Origin: an uncultured bacterium
GTDB taxonomy: Bacteria; Armatimonadota; Abditibacteriia; Abditibacteriales; Abditibacteriaceae
Direction: 5' to 3'
NCBI GenBank assembly: GCA_963843795.1
Contig: CAWJLW010000005.1
Coordinates: 1 to 64,000, forward strand
DNA length: 64,000 nucleotides
Position 1 is the first letter of the stretch. Each line of letters starts with the position of its first letter. This document shows positions 48,444 through 56,934 of the stretch, in pieces. Made by a program: the position numbers and the translations under genes. Below the pieces are notes generated by a model, which saw nothing but the letters and a program-made list of their open reading frames with translations, was not told where the DNA came from and did no database searches.

Positions 48444-50333
48444 TTACACCGGGACGATGCGAACTTTGACGCGTACATCGTCTTTGTAATGGTGCATCAA
48501 GACGCCACCTGCGCGACGGCGGGAAATCATGTGCTGATGATCGGGCGTATCAAATTCCGGCAATTGCACGGTGAGGCCATCGGCATCGAAATCGAAATAC
48601 GGTTCTCCGTTAATCCACACTTCATCGATTTTGATGCTGCCTGGCGGTAGAATGTCCGGCGAAACGCGCAGAATGTTGTCCTCAAAGCCATTAGCTTTGG
48701 GTTTGAAATACAAATCCAACGGCTGCTTGGTGATCAGCAGATTGGTGTAAACCGCCGCCAGATAACACAATTCTGTCGAGTGATAAGCGCCCATCGAGTG
48801 GCTGCCTTTGTTGCGCTCGTTACCCAGCAAGTAGGGCAGGCCATTGGCCAGCACGTTGAAATAGACCGCGCCCGAATCGGTATCGAGCATCCATGCATTG
48901 TAAAATGCCGAAGATTCGCGCGCCAATTTCAAATACTCTGGTGTTTTTAGGCAACCGTGCAGAATGAGATAAGCCAAAATGCCCTGTTCCTGCTGCCACC
49001 ATGCTTTACGGTCATGAAATGCCAGTCGATGAATTTCTTCGCCGGGCGCCACTTGACGTTCCATCACGTCATACCAGCCGCCGCGCTGCTTATCCATACC
49101 AACTGCGGGCATCGCATCGGCCAACTTTGTGGCGAGTGCCGTATATTTGTCTTTGGGGCGCAGCGAGTTCATGCGCATCAAATTCCACGCGATTTTCAGG
49201 TCGTGACCGGCCACAGCGCGGTCTTGCTGCCAACCCCAGACTTTGTCGGGCGACCAATCGTCGAAGAATTTTTCCTGCACGAACGGGCTGCCATCTTTGG
49301 CCGGAAAATGCTCTTCGATGGTGTCGAAAGTCATCGCCAGAAAGTCGGCGTATTCATCCTTTCCAGTTGCCAGCCACAAGTTGATGAGATAAGCCGGAGC
49401 GTGATCGCCGACCGAGTTCCAGTTTTTGCGCGCTTGATTGTGCGCCAGAGAATCGGCTTTGGGATCGAAAGTATCGGTCGTGATGTGCGAGTAGTAGCCG
49501 CCTTTTTCTGAAGTATCCAGATAGTACTTGTTGAACAGGTTGATGGTCTTTTTGGTGTCTTCGAGAATGCTCGCTTCGCCGGTGATGCGATAAGTTTGCA
49601 TCGGGCCAGCGAGCGCATAAATCTGCTCGTAGGCCGGAACCGCGCCCCAGTCATCGCCAAACAGTGAACCCAAATGTTCTGTAGTGCCATTTTCGGTCAC
49701 TTCGAGTGCATGAAGCCAATAAACCACATCTTCGCTTTCTTCGCGGTCGCGCTTGCAGATTTTCTCCTGCAAGTACTTGGTGCCCTTTTCCGCAGCCTCG
49801 AGATAACGATCTTCGCCGGTCAATAAGTAAGCGGTGGCAAAACCATAAACGGTGCGCGAAATGGTATCGGTTTCCTGAATGCCGCTATCGAGTTTGCTGC
49901 CATCGAGATACAAATTGGTGCGGTATTTGTTGTAATCGATTTTGCCGCCTTCGAATTGAGCGTTGATGTAGAAATCAGCGATTTCACGCACCTGATTAAT
50001 CCACCAGTCTTGCTTTTCAAAAACGTAATTGTCCGGCGCGCGGCCCGGAAAAACCAGATGCTTGGCTTCAAACGGATGACCATCGCCTTCGGGATAATAA
50101 ACGCCGTAAGCGAACAAATATTGGCCTGGAACGAGCAGTTCTTTCAGCTTGCCGCTGGCATCTGAATAAGGCTGGCCTAAGTTGCGCACAAATTCGGAGA
50201 AGGTGGCCGAAGTGAGCTTGCCGGAAAATTCGCTGCCGCCGGGCGTTTTGAGGCTGAAAGTACCTTTCTCGACATCGGCCTCGGTAATGTAACCGGCGAT
50301 GGTGTCCGAAAATGAAAAATCAATTGTGTTCAT
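48444..50333 (-). CDS. AGE-family (N-acylglucosamine 2-epimerase-like) protein with N- and C-terminal extensions
   Basis: 'QETDTISRTVYGFATAYLLTG..RYLEAAEKG', 'KNWNSVGDHAPAYL', 'GHDLKIAWNL', 'KAWWQQEQ', 'KGSHSMGAYH'. Confidence 0.85.
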   Translation of the reverse strand: MNTIDFSFSDTIAGYITEADVEKGTFSLKTPGGSEFSGKLTSATFSEFVRNLGQPYSDASGKLKELLVPGQYLFAYGVYYPEGDGHPFEAKHLVFPGRAPDNYVFEKQDWWINQVREIADFYINAQFEGGKIDYNKYRTNLYLDGSKLDSGIQETDTISRTVYGFATAYLLTGEDRYLEAAEKGTKYLQEKICKRDREESEDVVYWLHALEVTENGTTEHLGSLFGDDWGAVPAYEQIYALAGPMQTYRITGEASILEDTKKTINLFNKYYLDTSEKGGYYSHITTDTFDPKADSLAHNQARKNWNSVGDHAPAYLINLWLATGKDEYADFLAMTFDTIEEHFPAKDGSPFVQEKFFDDWSPDKVWGWQQDRAVAGHDLKIAWNLMRMNSLRPKDKYTALATKLADAMPAVGMDKQRGGWYDVMERQVAPGEEIHRLAFHDRKAWWQQEQGILAYLILHGCLKTPEYLKLARESSAFYNAWMLDTDSGAVYFNVLANGLPYLLGNERNKGSHSMGAYHSTELCYLAAVYTNLLITKQPLDLYFKPKANGFEDNILRVSPDILPPGSIKIDEVWINGEPYFDFDADGLTVQLPEFDTPDHQHMISRRRAGGVLMHHYKDDVRVKVRIVPV

Positions 50334-50436
50334 GTCTGTTCCTTTGCTGGATGAATTGATATTGTGCGACTCTTTGCGGCATCACTCCCAAGTTGTACCC
50401 TGCAAGTACTTGCAAGGCACAACTGAGTGCAATTTC

Positions 50437-52761
50437 TTACTCTTTCGGTACTTTTGGAGCCGGAGCTTTCTTGGCCGTCGCGCTTTTTTGGGCAGCGGCA
50501 CGTTTGGGCTTGGAGGTTGCGCCTTCGGCAGCGTTTTCGGGCGCCTTCATCGGGTTATCATCAGCGCGCTTTTTTGCCGATGCTTTGCCCGGAATATCGG
50601 TGGCGGCTTTGGTTGTGCCGACTTCTTCGCTTGGCGTGGCCGTTAAAGCCTCGCCCGAGACCACATCTTTGGAAATCAAAACCACAATGCTGCGGCCGTT
50701 GACGCAATAATTATGGCCATCGACCGGCACGCTGTGACCTTTTTCCACAATGTCGTTTGGCGAAGGCAGCGACGTGTCAATAACGCGATACCAGGCGCGG
50801 CCTGGCACGGTCGGCAAGTCGAAAGTCGCATTGTCCCAGTGCATATTCATCATCACATGCAAGTCGGCATCACCTTCAAAGCCGCCTAATGTACACGCCA
50901 GAACGCGACATTCCGGGTCGTTCCAATTGGGCTGTGCGAGTTGGCAACTGTGCCACGCCAGGTCGAGCAGACCGCGTTTGTTGACTTCGCCAGTGAAAAA
51001 ACGGCTACGTTGCAAAATCGGATGGCGCTTGCGAAACGCGATAATCTGCTGGAAAAAGCGCAATGTATCGCTATTTTTATCGGCCAGGCTCCAATCAAGC
51101 CAACTAATTTCGTTATCCTGACAATATGCGTTGTTGTTGCCGCCCTGTGTGCGCTGCAACTCGTCGCCCGAAGTGAACATATGGCCGCCCTGCGATAACA
51201 TCAACAGCGCAGTCAGATTTTTAATTTGCTGTTTGCGCAAAGTTTCGATGCCTTCGTCATCGGTCGGTCCTTCCGCGCCGCAATTCCAGCTGTAATTATC
51301 ATCCGCACCGTCGTTGTTGTTTTCGCCGTTGGCTTCGTTGTGCTTGTCATTGTAGGAAACCAGATCGTTGAGCGTAAAACCGTCGTGACAGGTGATGAAG
51401 TTGATGCTGTTAATCGGTAAATGTCCGCTCGATTGATACAAGCTTGAACTGCCCGACAAACGGTCGGCGACATCGCCGAGCATACCCGCATCACCGCGCA
51501 CGAAGCGACGCATCACATCGCGGTATTTGCCGTTCCATTCCGCCCAGCGATAGCCAGGGAAATAGCCGATTTGATACAAGCCCGCTGCGTCCCATGCTTC
51601 GGCGATGATTTTGGTGTCTGCCAGGGTTTCCGAAAGTTCAATTTGCCAAACCACCGGCGGATTAACCATTGGCCTGCCATCTTCGCCGCGTGACAAAATT
51701 GAGCCTTCATCGAAACGAAAACCATCGACATGCATTTCGCGCACCCAGTATTCCAGGCACTCGACGATGAACTTTTCGGCGATGGGATGGTTGCAATTCA
51801 CCGTGTTGCCGCAACCGCTGTAATCCATATAATACTGGCGGTCGCTGTCCACCAGATGGTAATACAGGCTGTTGTCGATGCCTTTGAAATTGATGGTCGG
51901 GCCTTGGTGATTGCCTTCATCGGTGTGGTTGAAAACCACGTCCAGAATCACTTCGATGCCCGCTTTGTGCAGCGCCTTCACCATGTCGCGGAACTCGTTA
52001 AGATGCGAACCTAAATGTGGCGAAACGCAAAACCAGCTTTGCGGCGCGAAAAAGCTGTAGGTGCTGTAACCCCAATAATTGATGAGCGGTTCGCCGGTAA
52101 TTGGGCTGATGCGCTGCACGGCTTTTTCATCGAATTCGAAAACCGGAAGCAGCTCGACCGCCGTGACGCCCAACTCTTTAAGGTAAGGAATTTTTTCGAT
52201 GACGCCAGCGAACGTGCCGGGATTTTGCACGCCCGAAGTCGGCGATTGCGTGAAGCCGCGCACATGCATTTCATAGATGATGCTTTCGCTCATCGGAATA
52301 TTGAGCGGCTTGTCGCCTTCCCAATCGTAGCCCTTAGTCTCAACCACGACGCAGCGCATCGAAGACGCCAGGTTATCGCCATCGCCGCAAGCATCTCCAC
52401 GATTCCATAAATGGTTAGTATTGGCGCGCGCATAAGGGTCTAAAAGAACTTTGTTGCGGTTGAATCGGTGGCCGCAATGGTGCAGATCCCAGTCGCTATC
52501 GGGGCCATCGACGCGATAAGCGTAATGCGCACCCGCTTTCAAGCCGTGAACGTAAACGTGCCAGAAATGAAATGTTTTGTTGACGCGTGGATCAAGAGCG
52601 ATTTTCTGTACCGGTTCGGGATCGTCGTGCTCGTTGAACAGCAGCAATTCGACCCCAGTGGCGTGACGCGAAAAAATCGTGAAGCTCACGCCACCTTCAT
52701 CGGGAATCGCACCGAGAGGATGCGGCGTGCCGCGTCCAATTTCGTAATCAACTTGAAGCAT
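50437..52761 (-). CDS. glgX: Glycogen debranching enzyme (isoamylase, GH13)
   Basis: 'IYEMHVRGFT', 'NYWGY', 'ILDVVFNHT', 'VDGFRFD', 'IAEAWD', 'NFITCHDGFTLNDLVSY', 'GNNNAYCQDNEISW'. Confidence 0.95.
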   Translation of the reverse strand: MLQVDYEIGRGTPHPLGAIPDEGGVSFTIFSRHATGVELLLFNEHDDPEPVQKIALDPRVNKTFHFWHVYVHGLKAGAHYAYRVDGPDSDWDLHHCGHRFNRNKVLLDPYARANTNHLWNRGDACGDGDNLASSMRCVVVETKGYDWEGDKPLNIPMSESIIYEMHVRGFTQSPTSGVQNPGTFAGVIEKIPYLKELGVTAVELLPVFEFDEKAVQRISPITGEPLINYWGYSTYSFFAPQSWFCVSPHLGSHLNEFRDMVKALHKAGIEVILDVVFNHTDEGNHQGPTINFKGIDNSLYYHLVDSDRQYYMDYSGCGNTVNCNHPIAEKFIVECLEYWVREMHVDGFRFDEGSILSRGEDGRPMVNPPVVWQIELSETLADTKIIAEAWDAAGLYQIGYFPGYRWAEWNGKYRDVMRRFVRGDAGMLGDVADRLSGSSSLYQSSGHLPINSINFITCHDGFTLNDLVSYNDKHNEANGENNNDGADDNYSWNCGAEGPTDDEGIETLRKQQIKNLTALLMLSQGGHMFTSGDELQRTQGGNNNAYCQDNEISWLDWSLADKNSDTLRFFQQIIAFRKRHPILQRSRFFTGEVNKRGLLDLAWHSCQLAQPNWNDPECRVLACTLGGFEGDADLHVMMNMHWDNATFDLPTVPGRAWYRVIDTSLPSPNDIVEKGHSVPVDGHNYCVNGRSIVVLISKDVVSGEALTATPSEEVGTTKAATDIPGKASAKKRADDNPMKAPENAAEGATSKPKRAAAQKSATAKKAPAPKVPKE

Positions 52762-52814
52762 AGATAACCTTTTTCTTTAAATTACAGTTCGTTTGGGCGG
52801 TCAATCCAATGGCG

Positions 52815-53246
52815 CTAATTCAACGGAGGCGGATTGTCCTCATCGACATAACCCTGACTAATTTCGACGATATTTCCATCGGGATCGGCGATCCATGCGG
52901 TTTTCCAACCGGGAATAAACGCGTCAAACTCCAATGGCCCCAGCGTGACTTGAGCCGCACTGCCCATCTGCGCCAGAGTGACATCAACATCATCGACTTG
53001 AAACGCGAGGTGTCGAATTCCCGCATAATGTGGCCCGTCGCCTTCGGGCGTGGAAATTGGCGAATCGCCTTCGGCACTGAACAATTCCAAATAAACGCTG
53101 CCGGCCACGCTGTTGGCTTTGATGAAAACGATCTGGTCATCGCCCAGTGGAATCACGCGCGCGCGCGTGAAACCGAAATGTTGCGTGTAAAATTTCTCGG
53201 TGGCGATGGGGTCTTTGCACGAAAGTGCGATGTGAGAAAATATCAT
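52815..53246 (-). CDS. VOC/glyoxalase family protein
   Basis: 'FSHIAL', 'YLELF', 'RHLAFQVDDVD', 'ADPDGNIVEI'. Confidence 0.9.
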   Translation of the reverse strand: MIFSHIALSCKDPIATEKFYTQHFGFTRARVIPLGDDQIVFIKANSVAGSVYLELFSAEGDSPISTPEGDGPHYAGIRHLAFQVDDVDVTLAQMGSAAQVTLGPLEFDAFIPGWKTAWIADPDGNIVEISQGYVDEDNPPPLN

Positions 53247-53302
53247 AGTGGCTCTCAAATTGTGTGTGAAATGTGCTGCAAGTACTTGCAGCACATTTTG
53301 AT

Positions 53303-53920
53303 TTATGCTTTTGCCGCTTCACTTTTGGTGTTCTCGCGTTCTGCCAACATATCGATAATTTTGCGCGCGAACAGGTGGCAATGTCCGCCGGTGCGCGCCG
53401 TCACCAGATCGTCGCCATCGACTACGACATCTTCATCGACATAAATCGCGCCCATGTTTTTGGCGTCGCCATGCAGATTGTTGTGCACCACAACGTGGCG
53501 CCCGCTGACTAATTCGGGAGCGGGCGCGACCAGCCACATTCCATGACAGATGATGCCTTTGATGATGTCGGGATTAGCGAAAGCGCGTTGCAAAAACACT
53601 GTCGCAGGTGGCAATTGGTTGATGTCTTCGGTGTAGCGCAGACGGTCGGCGACCATGCCAGCGGGTACGATGACCGCTGCATATTCAGCCAACTGCTCGT
53701 CGCTGATGTTTTCGAAACTTTCTTCGGCAAAATCGCCAGCGATATGATACTCGTGGCCTTTGAACGCGATGGAATCTTGTCCCCACAAACGGGTCAGAAA
53801 ATGCACTTCGGCGCCTTCTTCGGTGAAGCGGTGCTGATAATACCAGATTTCCGGCTCGTAGAAATCGCTTTCGATCATGATGGCGATCTTCTTACCGACC
53901 AGTTTTCGTGTGTCACTCAT
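53303..53920 (-). CDS. DJ-1/PfpI family protein
   Basis: 'KKIAIMIESDFYEPE', nucleophile 'ICHG', 'VVVDGDDLVTAR'. Confidence 0.9.
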   Translation of the reverse strand: MSDTRKLVGKKIAIMIESDFYEPEIWYYQHRFTEEGAEVHFLTRLWGQDSIAFKGHEYHIAGDFAEESFENISDEQLAEYAAVIVPAGMVADRLRYTEDINQLPPATVFLQRAFANPDIIKGIICHGMWLVAPAPELVSGRHVVVHNNLHGDAKNMGAIYVDEDVVVDGDDLVTARTGGHCHLFARKIIDMLAERENTKSEAAKA

Positions 53921-53946
53921 GTGAAATTGTCCTTTCAGGTGCTGAT

Positions 53947-54786
53947 TTAGGTGCCGGGCGGCACGACGTTTTGGGCCAATCGGAAGTCGGTTAGTTCGAT
54001 GACGTGAACATTGCGCACCGAGTCGAAGCGCACGCTCCACGAGTAGGGATAGTAGCCCCCGCGAGGGTAAACCTGCGGCTGCTTAATAGCTTCTTTTAGA
54101 ACCTGCTTGCTTCTCAGGAAATCAATCGTCGGCCCTAGCGCATATGCGTTCAGGTGGCCATCGAAGAAGAAAAAATTCTGCCCCAGCGTCGTGAGTGGTG
54201 GCCGGTTCGAGGGCTGAGCGGGATCGTCCACGCTGACGCCGATGCCTGGAACGACAACGCCTTGCGGATTAAGTTCATCGACCACGCGCACTGTGCCCTG
54301 CGGCATTTCGTTGGCCGCGATGGGCTTGAGTTCGAGCGTGTAGGGCGGCGAAGTTTGCAGCAGCGGCCGGATGATAAACGTGAGGTGAAAATGCGCCGGT
54401 TCGGGTGTGGCCGTGTTGGGCGGCTCGTGGCCCGAAGAATAGACCAGCACGTCGCTGGTGAGCGGCGTGGCGTGTGTTTTGGGCGGCAGCGGGCTGATGA
54501 ACGGCGCGGCGGCCTGATCTTCGGGCACATCGGGCAAATTATTCAGCGCCGCCGGCGTGATTTCAATGCCCAGACGAAGCGGGATGCCGTTGCGCAGCTC
54601 GATAACATTGCGGGCAAAGCCATTACCCAGCGGTTGATCGGCGCTGTAAAATATGCCTGAATCGGCATTGTAATATTCGTTGCCCAGATTGGCGCCACCG
54701 CAGCCGGACAAAGTTGCCAGTGCGCCGGTCGCCGTAATGAGCGTGAGGGCTGCAAGTACTTGCAGGGGCTTTTGAGATGTTTTCAT
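53947..54786 (-). CDS. Lipoprotein, DUF5602-like paralog B
   Basis: Lipobox 'LSGC'; 'GHEPP...PAHFHLTF'; 'KQPQVYPRGGYYPYSW'. Confidence 0.72.
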   Translation of the reverse strand: MKTSQKPLQVLAALTLITATGALATLSGCGGANLGNEYYNADSGIFYSADQPLGNGFARNVIELRNGIPLRLGIEITPAALNNLPDVPEDQAAAPFISPLPPKTHATPLTSDVLVYSSGHEPPNTATPEPAHFHLTFIIRPLLQTSPPYTLELKPIAANEMPQGTVRVVDELNPQGVVVPGIGVSVDDPAQPSNRPPLTTLGQNFFFFDGHLNAYALGPTIDFLRSKQVLKEAIKQPQVYPRGGYYPYSWSVRFDSVRNVHVIELTDFRLAQNVVPPGT

Positions 54787-54801
54787 GGTTCTGTGTTCCT
54801 C

Positions 54802-55713
54802 TTACGGCGTGGCAAAACGGGTCGCGGGGCGGAAATCGGACAACACGAAAATATGGACTTTGCGCGCGGCATCGTAGCGCACATCGTAGTGATGCGGATA
54901 ATAACCGGCTTTGGGATAAACCTGCGGCTGCTTGATGTTGTAAACCGCCGCCGGTACTGCGGGCGCCTGACCTTTTTGCTGCTTCAATAAATAATCATCG
55001 GTAGCGCCCAGCCCGATGCCGTTCATGTGGCCGCGATAGAAAAAATAATTCTGTCCGATAGTGTTCCAGCCATGTTCGAGCTGCGGCTGCGGCAACACCA
55101 CGTCTTCATACGCGATGCCGATGCCCGGTGCCACGTAGATGCCCGCATCGGGAACCTGTGTGCCGATAACGTAATCGGTGGGCACTTCCTCCGCTGCAGC
55201 AGGCACCGATTCGGGCACGCAGTTCGTCGCGTTGGGTTCGCTACCACAGGCCGCAGTGGGCAATTGCGGCGGATTGATGCCGAACAAGGGATGAAAATGG
55301 GGGCTATCTCCGCCGCCAATGGGATCGTGGGCCGACCAGTACGAAATTGCGATGTAGCTGAACGGCGTGTATACGCTTTCTGCCGGCAGATTAATTCCGT
55401 AGATAACCGGATCGTTGAAGTTGGGCGGCAAGGGCAAATCGGTGACGGCTTTGGCTGTCAGCTCTAAACCCATTTGATAAGGAACATTGCTGTTGGCTTC
55501 GAGCGTGACGAACGAACGTCCGACATCCACCAGATTGCTGTTACCGACCAGAACACTGTTAAATTTCGAATAAAATGTGCGGCGTCCTCCCGGGCCAGGA
55601 ACCGGTGTGGGGACGCCCACACCTCCGCCATTACCCCCACCACCGCAACCCGCTGCCGCAACGGTAAGAGCAGCGGGCACTAAACCTAATAAATGTCTGC
55701 GCGTAATTTTCAT
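54802..55713 (-). CDS. Tat lipoprotein, DUF5602-like paralog C
   Basis: 'TRRHLL...AAGC'; 'AHDPIGGGDSPHFHPLF'; 'KQPQVYPKAGYYPHHY'. Confidence 0.72.
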   Translation of the reverse strand: MKITRRHLLGLVPAALTVAAAGCGGGGNGGGVGVPTPVPGPGGRRTFYSKFNSVLVGNSNLVDVGRSFVTLEANSNVPYQMGLELTAKAVTDLPLPPNFNDPVIYGINLPAESVYTPFSYIAISYWSAHDPIGGGDSPHFHPLFGINPPQLPTAACGSEPNATNCVPESVPAAAEEVPTDYVIGTQVPDAGIYVAPGIGIAYEDVVLPQPQLEHGWNTIGQNYFFYRGHMNGIGLGATDDYLLKQQKGQAPAVPAAVYNIKQPQVYPKAGYYPHHYDVRYDAARKVHIFVLSDFRPATRFATP

Positions 55714-55729
55714 CTTAATCCTTTCCGTT

Positions 55730-56827
55730 TTAGCTAAAAGCTAAAAAGCCAGCGTAGGGAAGTCCGGTGGCCAGCACGGCTTTGAGCTGTCCGGTGATCC
55801 CATCATAGCGCAGCACTCGTCCCGCGCCCTGTGCGCTCTGATCGTTGGTTGTGGGCTGGTCTATTAACAAATCGAGATGTTTTTGATCGCTGAAGTTGGT
55901 GACAAACAAGTCGCCATCCGGCCCGTAAAGTACTTGCACGGGAAAACCAACATCAACGAAGGCATCAATTTGTTTAGTGGTTTTCGTATCGTAGGTGTAA
56001 ACGCGGTTGAAGAAAAACGAGGGCAGCAGCAGTTCGCCATTGGTGCGATGAAATTCCATAGTGAAAGCGAGATGAGATTCGCGCACCGCCAATCCTTTGA
56101 AAGTTCCTGTTCTGCCATCGAAGCGCGCCACTCTATCGGGCCGGAAAGGAAAAGTGTTGGGATTAAAGCCAAAAGACAGCACGGATGCGACATATAAATC
56201 GCCATCTGGTCCCCATTTCAAACCAAACGGCCCTCGCATCTGTGGTTCCCGATTGGCATCGATGAACGTGCCGAGGTGATCACCGGTGTTGGGATCGAGC
56301 ATTTCGATGGAATCGCGCTTGGAAGGCCCGACAAAAGCGTTTAGGGAAGGCGCATTAACGTAATAAAGTTTGCCGTCCGGTCCGATAACGCCATCATGCG
56401 TTGTAGTAACGAACTCGCCGGTGATGCGGCGTTTAATGGCTCCCGTGCTGGGATTGAGCATCAAAATCTGATCGGAACCGGGACTGAAAACAAACAAATT
56501 CTGCTTGTTCGGGCTGAGCACCATACCCGCCGTGCTTTGCTCGCGCGCGTTATCGGTCACACCGGGCGCTAATTTATCGAATTTCGCCAGTTGAGTCAGC
56601 GCGCCAGTCGCCGAGTCGTATTTCAGCACCGAGCGCGCCAAAAACGTGCTGATAAACATCGTGTAGCGCGAACTCGGAGCGGGAGTAAAGCCTGGAGTTC
56701 CCGGGCCACCGCTTGAATTGCCGCCGCCACAACCCACCAGCCACGAACCCGCGCCCGCTGCCAGAGCAGTCGCGCTCACACCGCGCACGAAATCGCGGCG
56801 CGATAATTTTTGTTCCAAGTCCTTCAT
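55730..56827 (-). CDS. Tat lipoprotein with beta-propeller (NHL/Vgb-like) repeats
   Basis: 'SRRDFVRG...LVGC'; repeats 'GPDGKLYY', 'GPDGDLYV', 'GPDGDLFV', 'V.RYDG.TG'. Confidence 0.8.
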   Translation of the reverse strand: MKDLEQKLSRRDFVRGVSATALAAGAGSWLVGCGGGNSSGGPGTPGFTPAPSSRYTMFISTFLARSVLKYDSATGALTQLAKFDKLAPGVTDNAREQSTAGMVLSPNKQNLFVFSPGSDQILMLNPSTGAIKRRITGEFVTTTHDGVIGPDGKLYYVNAPSLNAFVGPSKRDSIEMLDPNTGDHLGTFIDANREPQMRGPFGLKWGPDGDLYVASVLSFGFNPNTFPFRPDRVARFDGRTGTFKGLAVRESHLAFTMEFHRTNGELLLPSFFFNRVYTYDTKTTKQIDAFVDVGFPVQVLYGPDGDLFVTNFSDQKHLDLLIDQPTTNDQSAQGAGRVLRYDGITGQLKAVLATGLPYAGFLAFS

Positions 56828-56934
56828 TTCCTCTTCCTTTTTCATCTATGGCCTTTGTGCGGACAGAACGTAATGATTGGTGCGCCGCAAGCACTTGGGC
56901 AAGTACTTGCGGCGCGTATAAATGGTTGTCAGCT

